From the NCBI GenBank assembly GCA_039198535.1, contig JBCCTM010000001.1, positions 1-42,219 on the forward strand: a DNA stretch of 42,219 nt. Direction: 5' to 3'. The stretch is from Pseudomonadota bacterium (lineage in GTDB: Bacteria > Pseudomonadota > Alphaproteobacteria > Rhodobacterales > Rhodobacteraceae). Below are positions 15,751-26,370 of the stretch, piece after piece (position 1 is the first letter of the stretch; each line of letters opens with the position of its first letter). The translations under genes were made by a program, and so were the position numbers. The notes under the pieces are model-generated. The model did no database searches. It was not told the origin of the DNA and saw only the letters and a program-made list of their open reading frames with translations.

Positions 15751-17787
15751 TCAGGCGAGGCCCCGCCCGCGCAGCAACGCGTCGACGGAGGGATCCGCGC
15801 CACGGAAGGCCCGATAGGCGACTTCCGGCTCGGGCAGACCGCCTTGGCTCAAGATCTCATCGGCGAGCCGGCGCGCCGTGGCGGGGTCAAACGGATCGCC
15901 GGTGGCCTCAAACGCCTCAAAGGCGTCGGCGTCCATCACTTCTGACCAGAGATAGCTGTAATAGCCGGCGGCGTAGCCGTCGCCCGCGAACAGATGCGCG
16001 AATTGCGGGGTGCGGTGGCGCATAGCGATGGCGTCGGGCATGCCGCTCTCCGCCAGGGTCTCTCGCTCCACCGCCATCGGATCGGCTGCGCCGTCGCCCG
16101 TATGCAGGGCCATGTCCACCAGCGCGGAAGCGATGAACTCCACCGTCGCGAAGCCTTGTCCCGCATGGGACGCCGCCTTCAGCTTGTCCCGCAGCGCCTC
16201 CGGCATGGTCTCGCCCGTCTCCACATGGCGCGCATGGCGGCTCAGGATCTCCGGCGTCTCCATCCAATGTTCGAACAATTGGCTCGGCAGCTCCACGAAG
16301 TCGCGGGCGACGCTGGTGCCGGAGATCCGCGGATGGCGGACATTGGACATAAGCCCGTGCAGCGCGTGGCCGAACTCATGGAACAAAGTCCGGGCGTCGT
16401 CATAGCTGAGCAGCGTGGGCTTCCCCCCGGGCGCCTTTGAGAAATTCATCACATTGACGATGATCGGCCGCACGGCGCCACCCAGCCGATGCTGACCGCG
16501 GAAGGCGGACATCCAGGCCCCAGAGCGCTTGCTCGGCCGGGCGAAGGGGTCGCTCAAAAACACGCCCAGATGCGCGCCGGCGGCGTCCCGCACTTCCCAG
16601 GCCAACACATCCCGATGATAGCGCGGCGCGTCCGGCAACGGCGCGAAGGAGAGACCGAACAGACGGCTTGCGGCGTCAAACGCGGCGTCGCGCATGTTCT
16701 CGAGGCTGAGATACGGCTTCAGCGCCGCCTCATCGAGATCGTGATCCCGGCGGCGGACGATCTCGGCGTAGAAGCGCCAATCCCAGCCTTTGAGCTCGAA
16801 GCCGCCGCCCTCGGCGTCGATCAGCGCCTGCAGCGCCGCCTGCTCTTCCGCTGCGCGGTCCCGCGCGGGAGCCCAGACCCGCCGCAGCAAGGCCTCCGCC
16901 GCCTCCGGGGTTTTGGCCATCTCCGTCTCGAGCTTCAGCGCCGCGAAGCTGGGCGCGCCCAGCAATTTCGCGCGTTCGGCGCGGAGGCTGAGGATCTCCG
17001 CCACCAGCGCGCGATTGTCCGTCTCGCCGCCCCCCTCGCCTCGCGCCACCCAGGCCCGCCAGGCCGTCTCCCGGAGATCGCGCCGCGCCGAGTATTTGAG
17101 AAAGGGCTCAACTAAAGCGCGGGACAGCGTGATCGCGGCGGCGCCGCCCTCTCCCCAACCGCGCTCCGCCGCCGCGGCCCGCGCCGCATCCACCAGCCAG
17201 TCCGGCAGCCCCGCCAGATCGTCTTGCGTCTGAAGCTTGAGGGCGAAGGCGGCCTCATCGGCCAACAGATTGCGCGTGAAGGCGGCGCCAAGCTCCGCCA
17301 AGCGCGCCATGATCTCGGTCATGCGCGCGCGAGCCTTTTCATCCAGCGCCGCGCCGGCCCGGCGGAAATCCCGGTGGTACAGTTCAAGGACGCGCCGCTG
17401 CTCCGCATCGAGCCCCGCCTCATCCCGGGCCGCATGGACGGCGTCGATCCGCGCGAACAGCTGCTGGTCGAGCATCACCCGCGCCCGGAAGCGCGCGAGC
17501 TGCGGCGCGATCTCCGCTTCGATCTCCTGCAACTCCGGCGTCGCATCCGCCCCCGAGAGATTGAAGAACACCGAGGCGACCCGCTCCAGCGCGCCGGGCT
17601 GCTCCAGAGCGGCGACGGTGTTGGCGAAGCTCGGCGCTTCAGCATCCGCGGCGATGGCCGCCACCTGCGCCTCAGCCTCCTCCAGCGCCGCTGCGAAGGC
17701 GGGGCGGAAATGCGACGCCTCGATGCGGTCGAAGGGCGGCAAGCCAAACGGCGTGTCCCAGTCTTGCAGCAGCGGGTTGTCCGTCAT
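15751..17787 (-). CDS. dcp: M3-family peptidyl-dipeptidase
   Basis: 678 aa with the HEFGHALH zinc motif. Overall M3 Dcp/oligopeptidase A-like sequence (FHEFGHALHGL, YSYLWSEVMDADAF). Confidence 0.9.
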   Translation of the reverse strand: MTDNPLLQDWDTPFGLPPFDRIEASHFRPAFAAALEEAEAQVAAIAADAEAPSFANTVAALEQPGALERVASVFFNLSGADATPELQEIEAEIAPQLARFRARVMLDQQLFARIDAVHAARDEAGLDAEQRRVLELYHRDFRRAGAALDEKARARMTEIMARLAELGAAFTRNLLADEAAFALKLQTQDDLAGLPDWLVDAARAAAAERGWGEGGAAAITLSRALVEPFLKYSARRDLRETAWRAWVARGEGGGETDNRALVAEILSLRAERAKLLGAPSFAALKLETEMAKTPEAAEALLRRVWAPARDRAAEEQAALQALIDAEGGGFELKGWDWRFYAEIVRRRDHDLDEAALKPYLSLENMRDAAFDAASRLFGLSFAPLPDAPRYHRDVLAWEVRDAAGAHLGVFLSDPFARPSKRSGAWMSAFRGQHRLGGAVRPIIVNVMNFSKAPGGKPTLLSYDDARTLFHEFGHALHGLMSNVRHPRISGTSVARDFVELPSQLFEHWMETPEILSRHARHVETGETMPEALRDKLKAASHAGQGFATVEFIASALVDMALHTGDGAADPMAVERETLAESGMPDAIAMRHRTPQFAHLFAGDGYAAGYYSYLWSEVMDADAFEAFEATGDPFDPATARRLADEILSQGGLPEPEVAYRAFRGADPSVDALLRGRGLA

Positions 17788-17847
17788 GGAGGTCTCTTTT
17801 TATTGGGAAAGGCAAGGGGACCGGGCGGTGTGGGACAGGCGCGCGGA

Positions 17848-19500
17848 TCAATCGGAGATCAGCTCACCTGCAAGGCCCCGGCGGATCAACGCCGCGGTTT
17901 CTTCGACGCCGTAGAGCGCGATGAACCCGCCGAAGCGCGGCCCTTGGGATTGGCCGAGCAGCACCTCGTAGATCGCTTTGAACCAATCCCGCAGCGGCTC
18001 AAACCCGTGGGTCTTGCCGACGTCGAACACCACGCTCTGGAGCGCCTCGGCCTCAACGGGGCCGTCATAGCCCTCAAGACGGGTGGCCAGCGCTGACAAG
18101 GCCTCCGCCTCGCGCGGGTCGGCGGCGCGGAACACTTTGGCCGGCTGCACGTGATCTTGGAAATACCGCACGGCGCAGGCCGCGGCGCGGTCGAGCCCCG
18201 GCCTGGTCTCCGGCGTGGCGTCGGGCGCGTAGCGGCGGATAAACGCCCAAAGCGTCGCTTTGTCCTCCGCCGAGGCCGCCGAGGCGAGGTTGAGCAGCAT
18301 GGCGAAAGAGACATCCATGTCAGACGCCGGCGGCGCGCCGCCATGGATATGCCAGGCTGGATTGGCCACCCGTCGCTCCGTCGGCTCGTCGGGATAGGCG
18401 CGCAGAAACTGGTGGTATTCGTCCACCGCCTTCGGGATCACATCGAAGAACAGGCGCTTCGCCGTCTTCGGCTTTTGGAACATGAACATGGAAAGGCTCT
18501 CGGCCGGCGCGTAGGCCAGCCAATCCTCTATGGAGAGGCCATTGCCTTTCGACTTCGAGATCTTCTCGCCCCGTTCATCGAGGAACAGCTCGTAATTGAA
18601 GCCCTCCGGCGCCGGCGCGCCCAGCGCCCGGCAGATCTTCGAACTCTGGGTCACGCTGTCGATCAGATCCTTGCCCGCCATCTCATAATCGACGCCCAGC
18701 GCCGCCCAGCGGAGCGCCCAATCGGGCTTCCACTGCACTTTCACCGCGCCGCCGGTGACCGGAACCTCCGTCTCCTCGCCATCCTCATCTTGGAACGTGA
18801 TGGTCCCTTTGGCGACATCCCGCGCCAAGGTCGGGACCTGCAGCACTTTGCCGGTCTTAGGGCTGATGGGCAGGAACGGAGAGTAGGTGGCGCGGCGCTC
18901 CTCGCCCAAGGTGGGCAGCATGATCTCCATTACCTTGTCGAAGCGCTCCAACATCGTGAGCAGCATCTCGTCGAAGCGTCCGGAGCGGTAGGTCTCCGTG
19001 GAGGACATGAATTCGTACTCGAAGCCGAATTGGTCGAGAAAGCCGCGCAGGCGCGCGTTGTTATGATGCGCGAAGCTCGCATGCTCGCCGAACGGATCGG
19101 GCACTTGGGTGAGCGGCAAATCCAAATGCTCGGCCAGCATCTCTTGATTGGGCACGTTGCCTGGCACTTTGCGGAAGCCGTCCATGTCGTCGGAGAACGC
19201 GACAAGCCTCGTCGGGATATCGGACAGCGCCTCGAAGGCGCGGCGGACCATGGTGGTCCGCGCCACTTCGCCAAACGTGCCGATATGGGGCAAGCCTGAT
19301 GGTCCGTAACCGGTCTCAAACAGCACATGCCCCTTGGCGGGATCTTTTCCTTTCAAGCGCTTGAGGATTTTACGGGCTTCCTCAAACGGCCAGGCCTTCG
19401 CCGTCTCCGCCGCGGCGCGTAGGGCGGCCGGATCAAGGGGACCCGAGGCGGAAAGATCGGGCGTCGGGGCGGATGCGTTGGGCGTACGGGGGGTAGGCAT
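17848..19500 (-). CDS. lysK: lysine--tRNA ligase, class I
   Basis: [18 protein letters not shown] (HIGH-type) and KISKSKGNG (KMSKS-type). Length about 550 aa, typical of alphaproteobacterial class I LysRS. Confidence 0.9.
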   Translation of the reverse strand: MPTPRTPNASAPTPDLSASGPLDPAALRAAAETAKAWPFEEARKILKRLKGKDPAKGHVLFETGYGPSGLPHIGTFGEVARTTMVRRAFEALSDIPTRLVAFSDDMDGFRKVPGNVPNQEMLAEHLDLPLTQVPDPFGEHASFAHHNNARLRGFLDQFGFEYEFMSSTETYRSGRFDEMLLTMLERFDKVMEIMLPTLGEERRATYSPFLPISPKTGKVLQVPTLARDVAKGTITFQDEDGEETEVPVTGGAVKVQWKPDWALRWAALGVDYEMAGKDLIDSVTQSSKICRALGAPAPEGFNYELFLDERGEKISKSKGNGLSIEDWLAYAPAESLSMFMFQKPKTAKRLFFDVIPKAVDEYHQFLRAYPDEPTERRVANPAWHIHGGAPPASDMDVSFAMLLNLASAASAEDKATLWAFIRRYAPDATPETRPGLDRAAACAVRYFQDHVQPAKVFRAADPREAEALSALATRLEGYDGPVEAEALQSVVFDVGKTHGFEPLRDWFKAIYEVLLGQSQGPRFGGFIALYGVEETAALIRRGLAGELISD

Positions 19501-19685
19501 TTGGGGGGCGTCGTTCCTGACAAGCTGCGCGCCGGCTGTCGGTAGGCGCCGGCGGCCGCCCCGTCAATCGCCGCGCCCCCTCGCCCGCTGGCGGACCTCG
19601 CGTCGCGGCTCAGGTCCAAAGCCTTGACAGCGCGCGCCGCAAGGGGTCGACAGCATCCAACACGCCCAGAGCCGAGGAGGACGCC

Positions 19686-20099
19686 ATGGTCTCCCTGTTG
19701 AGCCCGCAAGACGCGCTGATCGCCACGATGATCCTGATGTCCGCGGCGGATCGGAACATGTCCGACAAAGAGCTGCGCGAGATTTCCGCCACCGTCGATC
19801 TGCTGCCCGTCTTCGAGGGCTATGACCGCGCGCAAATCGGCCGCGTGGCCGAAGCGGTGACGCAGCTTTTGGATGACGAGGACGGGCTCGCCACCCTGCT
19901 CGGGTTGATCGACCAGGCGACGCCCGAGCCCCTGCGGGAGACGGTCTACGCCATCGCCTGTGACATCGCCGCCGCGGATGGAGAAGTGCTGTTGGAGGAG
20001 GCGCGGCTCCTCGAGATGATCCGACACGCGCTCAAAGTGGAAAGGCTGGCGGCGGCCGCCATTGAGCGCGGCTCCCGCGCCCGCCATATGCGCGCCTGA
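19686..20099 (+). CDS. TerB-like (tellurite resistance TerB family) protein
   Basis: ATG follows GAGGAGGA. 137-aa helical protein with SAADRNMSDKELREI and ACDIAAADGEVLLEEARLLEMI, resembling TerB-family repeats. Confidence 0.6.
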   Translation: MVSLLSPQDALIATMILMSAADRNMSDKELREISATVDLLPVFEGYDRAQIGRVAEAVTQLLDDEDGLATLLGLIDQATPEPLRETVYAIACDIAAADGEVLLEEARLLEMIRHALKVERLAAAAIERGSRARHMRA

Positions 20100-20173
20100 C
20101 CCACAGCGGTGGAGCAAGCGAGCGAGGGAGCGAGCCGCCAAGCGGAGGCTCGCCGCGTCGAGATGGGAAGCGA

Positions 20174-20677
20174 TCAGTCTTCGATCAGGCGGCCGACCAG
20201 CAGCTCCAGCGCCGTCGGCACGCGCTTCTCGAACAAAGCCCGTCGCCCGGAGCCGAAGCCCTGCCGACCCAATTCTTTGTAGCCTGCGCCGCTGTAGAAG
20301 CGCATGGGCCGGCTGAGGCTCGGATCTGTGTGGAGGCGGAGCCTGGGCAGGCACAGCTCGCTGGCGAGCCGCTCCACATGGGACAGCAGCAGCGCGCCAT
20401 AGCCCTGGCCTTGGAATTCAGGCAGCAAGGCGATCGCCTCAATGTAGAGATGCGTCGCCCGCGGCAGCATCACCGCGAAGCCGATCGGCAAATCCTGACT
20501 GTCGGTGAGTTTGACCACGAAGCCTTGCTCGAGGAGCGCGCTGTAATCGCGGTCCATGGGGCCGGGTCGGTATCCGAGGCCCGGGGCCAGCGCCGCGAAA
20601 GCCTCATGGAGTACTGTGGTTAAGGCCGCCTCATCGGTTTTGTCGGCCGTTCTGATACTGGCTACACGTTCCGCCAT
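20174..20677 (-). CDS. GNAT family N-acetyltransferase
   Basis: 167 aa with the acetyl-CoA motif LLPEFQGQGYGALLL. Confidence 0.8.
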   Translation of the reverse strand: MAERVASIRTADKTDEAALTTVLHEAFAALAPGLGYRPGPMDRDYSALLEQGFVVKLTDSQDLPIGFAVMLPRATHLYIEAIALLPEFQGQGYGALLLSHVERLASELCLPRLRLHTDPSLSRPMRFYSGAGYKELGRQGFGSGRRALFEKRVPTALELLVGRLIED

Positions 20678-20836
20678 GCGTGTGATCCCTCTACGCCGCG
20701 TCTCGCCCGCCCCTCGTAGCGATCTCCTACCTAGCTACTGCTCGCCTCCCCCGCTCCACCGCTCTCCGCCCCCGGCGAACAGCGCAGCAGGTGATTGAGA
20801 CGCTGAGCCGGATCTCCGACACGCGCCCTTCGTTTC

Positions 20837-20851
20837 TTAAGAGAAGCTTAA
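20837..20851. promoter_or_regulatory. TTAA-N7-TTAA (CtrA-box-like) motif
   Basis: TTAAGAGAAGCTTAA read directly, 160 bp upstream of the GNAT start, in a 260-bp intergenic gap. Confidence 0.25.
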
Positions 20852-20937
20852 TTCAACATTGTCCACAAAACCATCCCCAAGCCCGAAGCGCGGCGCGCAG
20901 CGGGGGCCATGCGGGTCGCCAGCCGCCCCCGGGGCGA

Positions 20938-22224
20938 TCACCAGATCAAGATGCATCTGAAATCATTGACGTTGGTCCGCGTCGGCTCGGTCTCGACCAA
21001 ACCGCCGACTGCGGCGAAAATGCCATAGGCGTCATTGTTATCCAACGCCGCGCGGGCGTCGACGCCCGCTTTCGCCAGGGCGGCGAGCGTCTCCGGGCCG
21101 ACCCATGCGCCGGCCGCGCCCAGCACGCCGTCTCGCCCGTCGGTATCGCAGGCGATGGCCGCCACGCGGGCCCGGAGCGCCGGCTCGAGCGCCAGGGCGA
21201 AGGCGAGCGCGCATTCGGCGTTTGGGCCACCGCGGCCCGCGCCCCGCACGCGTACCGTCGCCTCACCGCCGGAGATCAGCGCCAGCGGCCCCACATCGGC
21301 CGCCGCCTCGCGCGCCGTACGGGCGGCGAGCGTCGCCCCCAGCTCCCGCGCTTCGCCTTCCAACGCGTCGCTCAATATCACCGGCGTGAAGCCCATCGCC
21401 CGCGCCTCCACCGCCGCGGCCGCCAGCGCATCCGCCGGCCGAACGATCACATGACACGGCCCCTCGACAATCTCAGGGCAAGCGTTGCGTTCGATGGTCT
21501 CCCGCATGGCCGCCGAGACGGAGACGCCATATCGGGCGCAGATCGACAAAGCGGCGTCCGGCCCCGCCTCCAAAGCGGCGAGGGTCGGCCCGGAGCCGAT
21601 CAGCCGCGGATCGTCGCCCGGAACGTCGGAAATTGCGTAAGTCACCACCCGAGCCGGAGCGGCGGCGGCGGCCAATCGACCGCCCTTGATCGCGCTGACC
21701 GCTTGGCGGACGCGATTGATGGCGTCGATCGGCGCGCCGGAGCGCAGCAACTCGGCCGTGAGCGCCCGCTTTTGCGCCAAGCTCACGCCCCAGGCGCCGC
21801 CAGGGTCTCGCGCCGGCGCGCACATCGCGGCGGAGGCGCCGCCCGAGATGAGGAACACCACGAGGTCCTCGGCGCGGGCCGCATGGGCGGCCGCCAGCGC
21901 CCGGTTCGCCGCCTCGACGCTTGCCGTGTCCGGCGCTGGATGGCCCGCCTCCATCACCTCAATTCCGGCCGGCGTCGACCAACCGTAACCGCGGGGAACG
22001 GAGACGACCCCCCGGGGCGCGGCGCGCCAACCGGCCTTGCGGGTCGCTTCCACAAAGGCCGCGGCCATGCGCGCGGCGGCCTTCCCGGCGCCCAGCGTCA
22101 CCACCGCGCCCGATGGCTCATGCGGCGGCGTGATGCGCCCCTCCGGCCCGGCCGCAGCCACCGCGACGTCAAATAAGCGGCGGAGCAGGCGGGGCGCGTC
22201 GGCAATGCCGGGTGGCGCGGTCAC
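20938..22224 (-). CDS. glycerate 2-kinase / hydroxypyruvate reductase-like (DUF4147-MOFRL family)
   Basis: VTLGAGKAAARMA, FLISGGASA and LISGGEATVRVRGAGRGGPNAE are typical of MOFRL-type glycerate kinases. Start overlaps the ClC stop by 4 bp. Confidence 0.8.
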   Translation of the reverse strand: MTAPPGIADAPRLLRRLFDVAVAAAGPEGRITPPHEPSGAVVTLGAGKAAARMAAAFVEATRKAGWRAAPRGVVSVPRGYGWSTPAGIEVMEAGHPAPDTASVEAANRALAAAHAARAEDLVVFLISGGASAAMCAPARDPGGAWGVSLAQKRALTAELLRSGAPIDAINRVRQAVSAIKGGRLAAAAAPARVVTYAISDVPGDDPRLIGSGPTLAALEAGPDAALSICARYGVSVSAAMRETIERNACPEIVEGPCHVIVRPADALAAAAVEARAMGFTPVILSDALEGEARELGATLAARTAREAAADVGPLALISGGEATVRVRGAGRGGPNAECALAFALALEPALRARVAAIACDTDGRDGVLGAAGAWVGPETLAALAKAGVDARAALDNNDAYGIFAAVGGLVETEPTRTNVNDFRCILIW

Positions 22225-23996
22225 GTATGTTCTTCCGCATGGGTCTCCACCAGGGCCCGATTAAAAGCGCGCAGCGCATCGGCGTAGAACAGCGCGCCGG
22301 CCAAGACGTGCAAGGGGGCCCGCTCCGTCTCGCCGGGGCAGGCGCCGCCCGGGCCCGATTGCTCCGGCACGTCGACCACCGGCAAAAACGTGAGCTTCCC
22401 TTCGCGAAACATGGGGAGCGCCCGGTCCAACCCATCCTCCCGGGAGAGATAGGCGCCCTGGCGCACCAACTCCCAGGCCTGCGTCTCGGAGGGGCTGTCC
22501 TCGGCCCCGAACGGTCGCATGGTGTCGCCGACCTTGAGGTTGGGCAGCAGGAAGCTCTGCGGCCCGCCCGAGAGATCGATGGAGCGCCGCGCCAGCTGGA
22601 TGTAGAAAAAGCTCCGCCCGACAATCTGTTGCGTGGCCACGGTGGCGACCGAGGTGGACACCATCACCGCGATGGCGGTCGCGTAATCCCCGGTCAGCTC
22701 AAAAACGATCAGCGTTGTGGAGATCGGCGCGCCGAGCACGGCGCCGGAAACGGCGCCCATGCCGGCCAGCGCGTAGAGGGAGATCGAGCCCACCTGCTCG
22801 CCTTGGATGGTGGGGAACAGCTCCAGCGCCACGGCCCCAAAGGCGGCCCCTGTCAGCGCGCCCAGCAGCAGCGCCGGGGAGAACACGCCACCGGCGAAGC
22901 GCCCGCCAATGGTGATGGCGACGGCCAAGATTTTGGTGAGCGCCAACACGACGCAGAGTTGGAAAAAGAGGCCGCTGTCCTGCATGACGCCCACCTCGCC
23001 GAAGCGGCCGGCGAGGGCCTCCGTCACGGTCTGATAGCCCACGCCCAGCACATGGGGAAAGCCGATCGCCAACACGCCCAGCAGAGCGCCGGCGGCCACG
23101 GGCTGCGCCCAGAGCGGCGCGGAGATCCGGCGCCGCGCTTCATCCATGGCGTCTCGCGCCAGGAACACCGCGCCCATCATGCCAATGGCCGCAAAGGCGG
23201 AGACAAGACCCAACAACATGAAGGCGGGGAACTGCGCGTAGCTTCCAAACACCGTGTCCGGGAGTTGGAAGGCGGGCTCGGCGCTCAGATGGGTCCGCGA
23301 GATCACCGCGCCCACCACGCTGGCGATGGTGATCGGCGCGAAGGCGCGGATCGCGTAATGGCCAAGCACCACCTCCAGCGCGAACAGCGCCCCGGCGATC
23401 GGGGCGTTGAAACTGGCGGAGACCGCCGCCGCCACGCCGCAGCCGAGCACCGTGCGCGCTTCCAGCGGCGACAGCTTCAACCGGTCCGAGACCAGCGTCG
23501 CCAAGCTTGCGCCGGCGACCACCACCGGCCCTTCTCGCCCTGAACTCGCGCCGCCGCCCAGCGAGATCGCCGCCGCCAGCGTTGACAGGGCGCCGCGCTT
23601 CGCGTCGATGCGGCCCTGGGTCAGCGCCCGCGCCTCGATCACATCAGCGACCGTGTAAGGCGCGTTGTCCCGGAACAGATGCAGGATCACGCCCACCGCC
23701 AAGCCGGCCGCCATGGGCCCCGCGAACAGCACCCAAACCGGCGCATTGGCCACGGCGTCCGCCAAACGGGTCGCCTCGCCGCCATAAATCGTCGCGTTCA
23801 GCCAGCGGATCGTCAGGACAAAGCCGAGGGCCACATACCCCGAGGCCGCGCCGGTGGCGAAGGCGATCAGCCACAGTTTAAGCTGCTGATAATTCGAGGC
23901 GGGCGGTTGGATGCGCAGGCTAGCGGAGAAACGCCGCCATGACCGTCGCAGGCGGCGCGTCAGGCCGCTGAGGGGTCCCGTCCGCGCGGCGCGCAC
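22221..23996 (-). CDS. ClC-family chloride channel with C-terminal CBS region
   Basis: GGGASSGREGPVV and SFNAPIAGALFALEV selectivity-filter motifs, about 10 TM helices, and a C-terminal roughly 130-aa soluble CBS-like tail. Confidence 0.85.
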   Translation of the reverse strand: MRAARTGPLSGLTRRLRRSWRRFSASLRIQPPASNYQQLKLWLIAFATGAASGYVALGFVLTIRWLNATIYGGEATRLADAVANAPVWVLFAGPMAAGLAVGVILHLFRDNAPYTVADVIEARALTQGRIDAKRGALSTLAAAISLGGGASSGREGPVVVAGASLATLVSDRLKLSPLEARTVLGCGVAAAVSASFNAPIAGALFALEVVLGHYAIRAFAPITIASVVGAVISRTHLSAEPAFQLPDTVFGSYAQFPAFMLLGLVSAFAAIGMMGAVFLARDAMDEARRRISAPLWAQPVAAGALLGVLAIGFPHVLGVGYQTVTEALAGRFGEVGVMQDSGLFFQLCVVLALTKILAVAITIGGRFAGGVFSPALLLGALTGAAFGAVALELFPTIQGEQVGSISLYALAGMGAVSGAVLGAPISTTLIVFELTGDYATAIAVMVSTSVATVATQQIVGRSFFYIQLARRSIDLSGGPQSFLLPNLKVGDTMRPFGAEDSPSETQAWELVRQGAYLSREDGLDRALPMFREGKLTFLPVVDVPEQSGPGGACPGETERAPLHVLAGALFYADALRAFNRALVETHAEEHT

Positions 23997-24001
23997 CGGT
24001 T

Positions 24002-24604
24002 TCAGCTCCCTTGGGGCCGTCGGATACCCAGCGGCGCGCCGATCTGCGGCGGCCGGGGCAGCGCGGCGTGGGCGGCGCGCAATTGTTCGAACCGGGCCCG
24101 CTCCGGCTCGGGCAATGGCGCTGAGCGCCGGGTCGCATGGTCCACATTCATGGCGAGCTGTTCGCAGGTCGCCGAGGCGGGGGCGTCCGGATCAAGGCCG
24201 CCGCGCAGAGACGCCAGGTAATGCCAACGTTTCGCGTCGCAATCGAGCAATTGCAGATCCACGCGGTAGGGCTCGCCGAGCCGCAGCTCCCGAAGGTAAT
24301 GGATGTGCGATTGAAGAACGAACGACCCGCAACCCGAGCGTTGGACGTAGCGTTCATTGAGCCCCATCCAGAGATCAAAAAAACGCATCAGCGCGCGGTC
24401 GAAGGCGAGCATGTAATAGCCGATGTTCATATGATCGTTCAGGTCGATCCATTCCGGTGGAACCACGCCGTCGCCACACAGGACCGGCGTCGCCGGGAAG
24501 GGCGCGGTTAAGCTCGGCTCGGCATCCGACGCGACGCGCATGGCGTCGGTGCGGTCCCCAGCGCTCCGATGCTGCTCTCCACCGACTGGTGGGTCGTCTC
24601 CCAT
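24002..24604 (-). CDS. hotdog-fold acyl-CoA thioesterase family protein
   Basis: EWIDLNDHMNIGYYMLAFD and VLQSHIHYLRELRLGEPY resemble 4HBT-type thioesterases. Start is ATG 24604 (GGGGAGG upstream) or ATG 24541. Ends 5 bp before the ClC gene. Confidence 0.65.
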   Translation of the reverse strand: MGDDPPVGGEQHRSAGDRTDAMRVASDAEPSLTAPFPATPVLCGDGVVPPEWIDLNDHMNIGYYMLAFDRALMRFFDLWMGLNERYVQRSGCGSFVLQSHIHYLRELRLGEPYRVDLQLLDCDAKRWHYLASLRGGLDPDAPASATCEQLAMNVDHATRRSAPLPEPERARFEQLRAAHAALPRPPQIGAPLGIRRPQGS

Positions 24605-24867
24605 GCCCAGCGGGCCTCCCCTGCCTTTTCGGCGCCGCGGCTTTCGCGCGGGGCGAGAATAGCGGTCCGCCGCCCCTTCTCGCCAGAGCTGGGGCGGTGT
24701 CGGCGGGATGATGCGACAATGGCGCAGCCCGTCGCCATCTGCGACCAATCACGTTCCGCCTGATTTTTATGCGCCGCCGCCCAATTATTGTGCGTTGGCG
24801 GAATCAGCGGGTCTGGGTTGGGACGAGGGGTCCTGGGCGCGGCCCGCCCATCACTGGGAGAACTGCT

Positions 24868-25083
24868 ATGGAAGGCATTCCAATTCTGCCGATCGTCGCG
24901 ATTTTGGCGGGGATCTTGATCCTGATAAAGGCCGACATCCTCAATTGGGTCGTGGCGATCTTCCTGCTTGGCTTCGGCGCGCTGGGCGTCGCCAAGGTCT
25001 ACGCGCCGGATGTCGCCATGCCGATCGAGGCGGCCATCTACGGCATTGCGGACACGGCGCAGGACATTGTCGAGGGCGAGTAA
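24868..25083 (+). CDS. small membrane protein, DUF3096-like
   Basis: ATG 24868 follows GGGAG. 71 aa with two hydrophobic helices (ILPIVAILAGILILI, LNWVVAIFLLGFGALG), as in DUF3096 proteins. Confidence 0.5.
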   Translation: MEGIPILPIVAILAGILILIKADILNWVVAIFLLGFGALGVAKVYAPDVAMPIEAAIYGIADTAQDIVEGE

Positions 25084-25097
25084 GGCGCGTCTCAATG

Positions 25098-25126
25098 GGA
25101 ACGGCGCGGGACCTCCGCGCCGTTCC
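25098..25126. terminator. perfect 12-bp stem-loop between convergent genes
   Basis: GGAACGGCGCGG (25098-25109), loop GACCT, CCGCGCCGTTCC (25115-25126). Lies between the DUF3096-like stop and the metZ stop. Weak U-tract. Confidence 0.45.
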
Positions 25127-25140
25127 AAGCGCCCTTGCGC

Positions 25141-26370
25141 TTAGGGGCGCGCTCGGTCGAGCCCGGCGATCAGGTCCTCGACCAGATCCTGCGGATCCTC
25201 GAGGCCGGCGGAAAGGCGCAGCAAACCCGGGGAGATGCCAAGTTCGTCGCGCAGCTCCTCGGAAAGCCGCTGGTGGGTTGTTGTGGCCGGGTGGGTCGCC
25301 AGAGACTTCGCGTCCCCAAGATTGTTCGAGATGCCGATCAATTCGAAGCCGTTCAGCGCGGCGAACGCGCCAGCTTGCCCGCCCTCGACTTCAAAACTCA
25401 GCATCGTCGCCCCACAGCCCATCTGCCGCATCGCCAGCTCGTGCTGCGGATGATCAGCGCGGCCCGGGTAGAGCACCTTGCGCACCGCGGGGTGCGCGGC
25501 GGCCGCCTCCGCCAGTTGTGCGGCGGCCTCCGCCTGGGCGCGGCAGCGCAACTCAAGCGTCTCAAGGCCCTTCAGCATGACCCAGGCGTTGAAAGGGCTC
25601 ATCGCGCCGCCGGTGTGCTTGAGATAGGTCTCAATTGGCCCGCGGATCATCTCCTCCGACCCGATCAAAACGCCGCCGAGGCAGCGCCCCTGGCCGTCCA
25701 TGTGCTTCGTGCTTGAATACATGATCAGATCCGCGCCCATATCGAAGGGCCGCTGGAACACCGGCGTGGCGAAGACGTTGTCGACCACCAGCTGCGCGCC
25801 CGCCGCATGGGCGATGTCCGCCACCGCGGCGATGTCGATGATCTCAAGCGTGGGGTTGGCGGGCGTCTCAAGGAAAAACAGCTTCGTCTCGGGGCGCACC
25901 GCCGCCGCCCAAGCGTCGAGATCAACACCATCCACCAGCGTCGTCTCGACCCCGAAGCGCGGCAGCAAGGTCTCAATCACATAGAGGCAGGAGCCAAATA
26001 GCGCGCGAGAGGCGACCACATGGTCCCCGGCCTCCAGCAGCGCGAACATGGACGCGTTCATCGCGGCCATGCCGGACGCCGTGGCGAACGCGGCCTCACC
26101 GCCTTCATAGGCGGCGATGCGATCCTCAAACATGGCGACCGTCGGATTGCCGTAGCGCGCATAGATAAAGGCGTCGCCGGGCTCCTCGCCCTTGAAGCGG
26201 CGCTCCGCCGTCTCCGCATCCGGGTAGAGAAACCCTTGCGTGAGGTAGAGCGCCTCGGAGGTCTCGCCGTAGATGCTCCGCCGCGCGCCCGCATGGACGA
26301 GCCGCGTCCGCTTCCGCCGCTCCGCGGCGCTTGACCGGGGGGAGCGCGCCTCGCGGTCGTCACGGGCCAT
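25141..26370 (-). CDS. metZ: O-succinylhomoserine sulfhydrylase (Cys/Met PLP-dependent family)
   Basis: ATG 26370 follows AAGGAGA. YARYGNPTV, ASGMAAM, and YSSTKHMDGQGR (PLP lysine). Overall MetZ-like. Confidence 0.85.
   Translation of the reverse strand: MARDDREARSPRSSAAERRKRTRLVHAGARRSIYGETSEALYLTQGFLYPDAETAERRFKGEEPGDAFIYARYGNPTVAMFEDRIAAYEGGEAAFATASGMAAMNASMFALLEAGDHVVASRALFGSCLYVIETLLPRFGVETTLVDGVDLDAWAAAVRPETKLFFLETPANPTLEIIDIAAVADIAHAAGAQLVVDNVFATPVFQRPFDMGADLIMYSSTKHMDGQGRCLGGVLIGSEEMIRGPIETYLKHTGGAMSPFNAWVMLKGLETLELRCRAQAEAAAQLAEAAAAHPAVRKVLYPGRADHPQHELAMRQMGCGATMLSFEVEGGQAGAFAALNGFELIGISNNLGDAKSLATHPATTTHQRLSEELRDELGISPGLLRLSAGLEDPQDLVEDLIAGLDRARP

Noticed and set aside
20791-23543. 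461-aa and 443-aa plus-strand ORFs opposite the glycerate kinase and ClC genes
   Set aside because: Arg/Gly/His-rich nonsense-like translations. The minus-strand genes carry convincing family motifs, so these are shadow ORFs.
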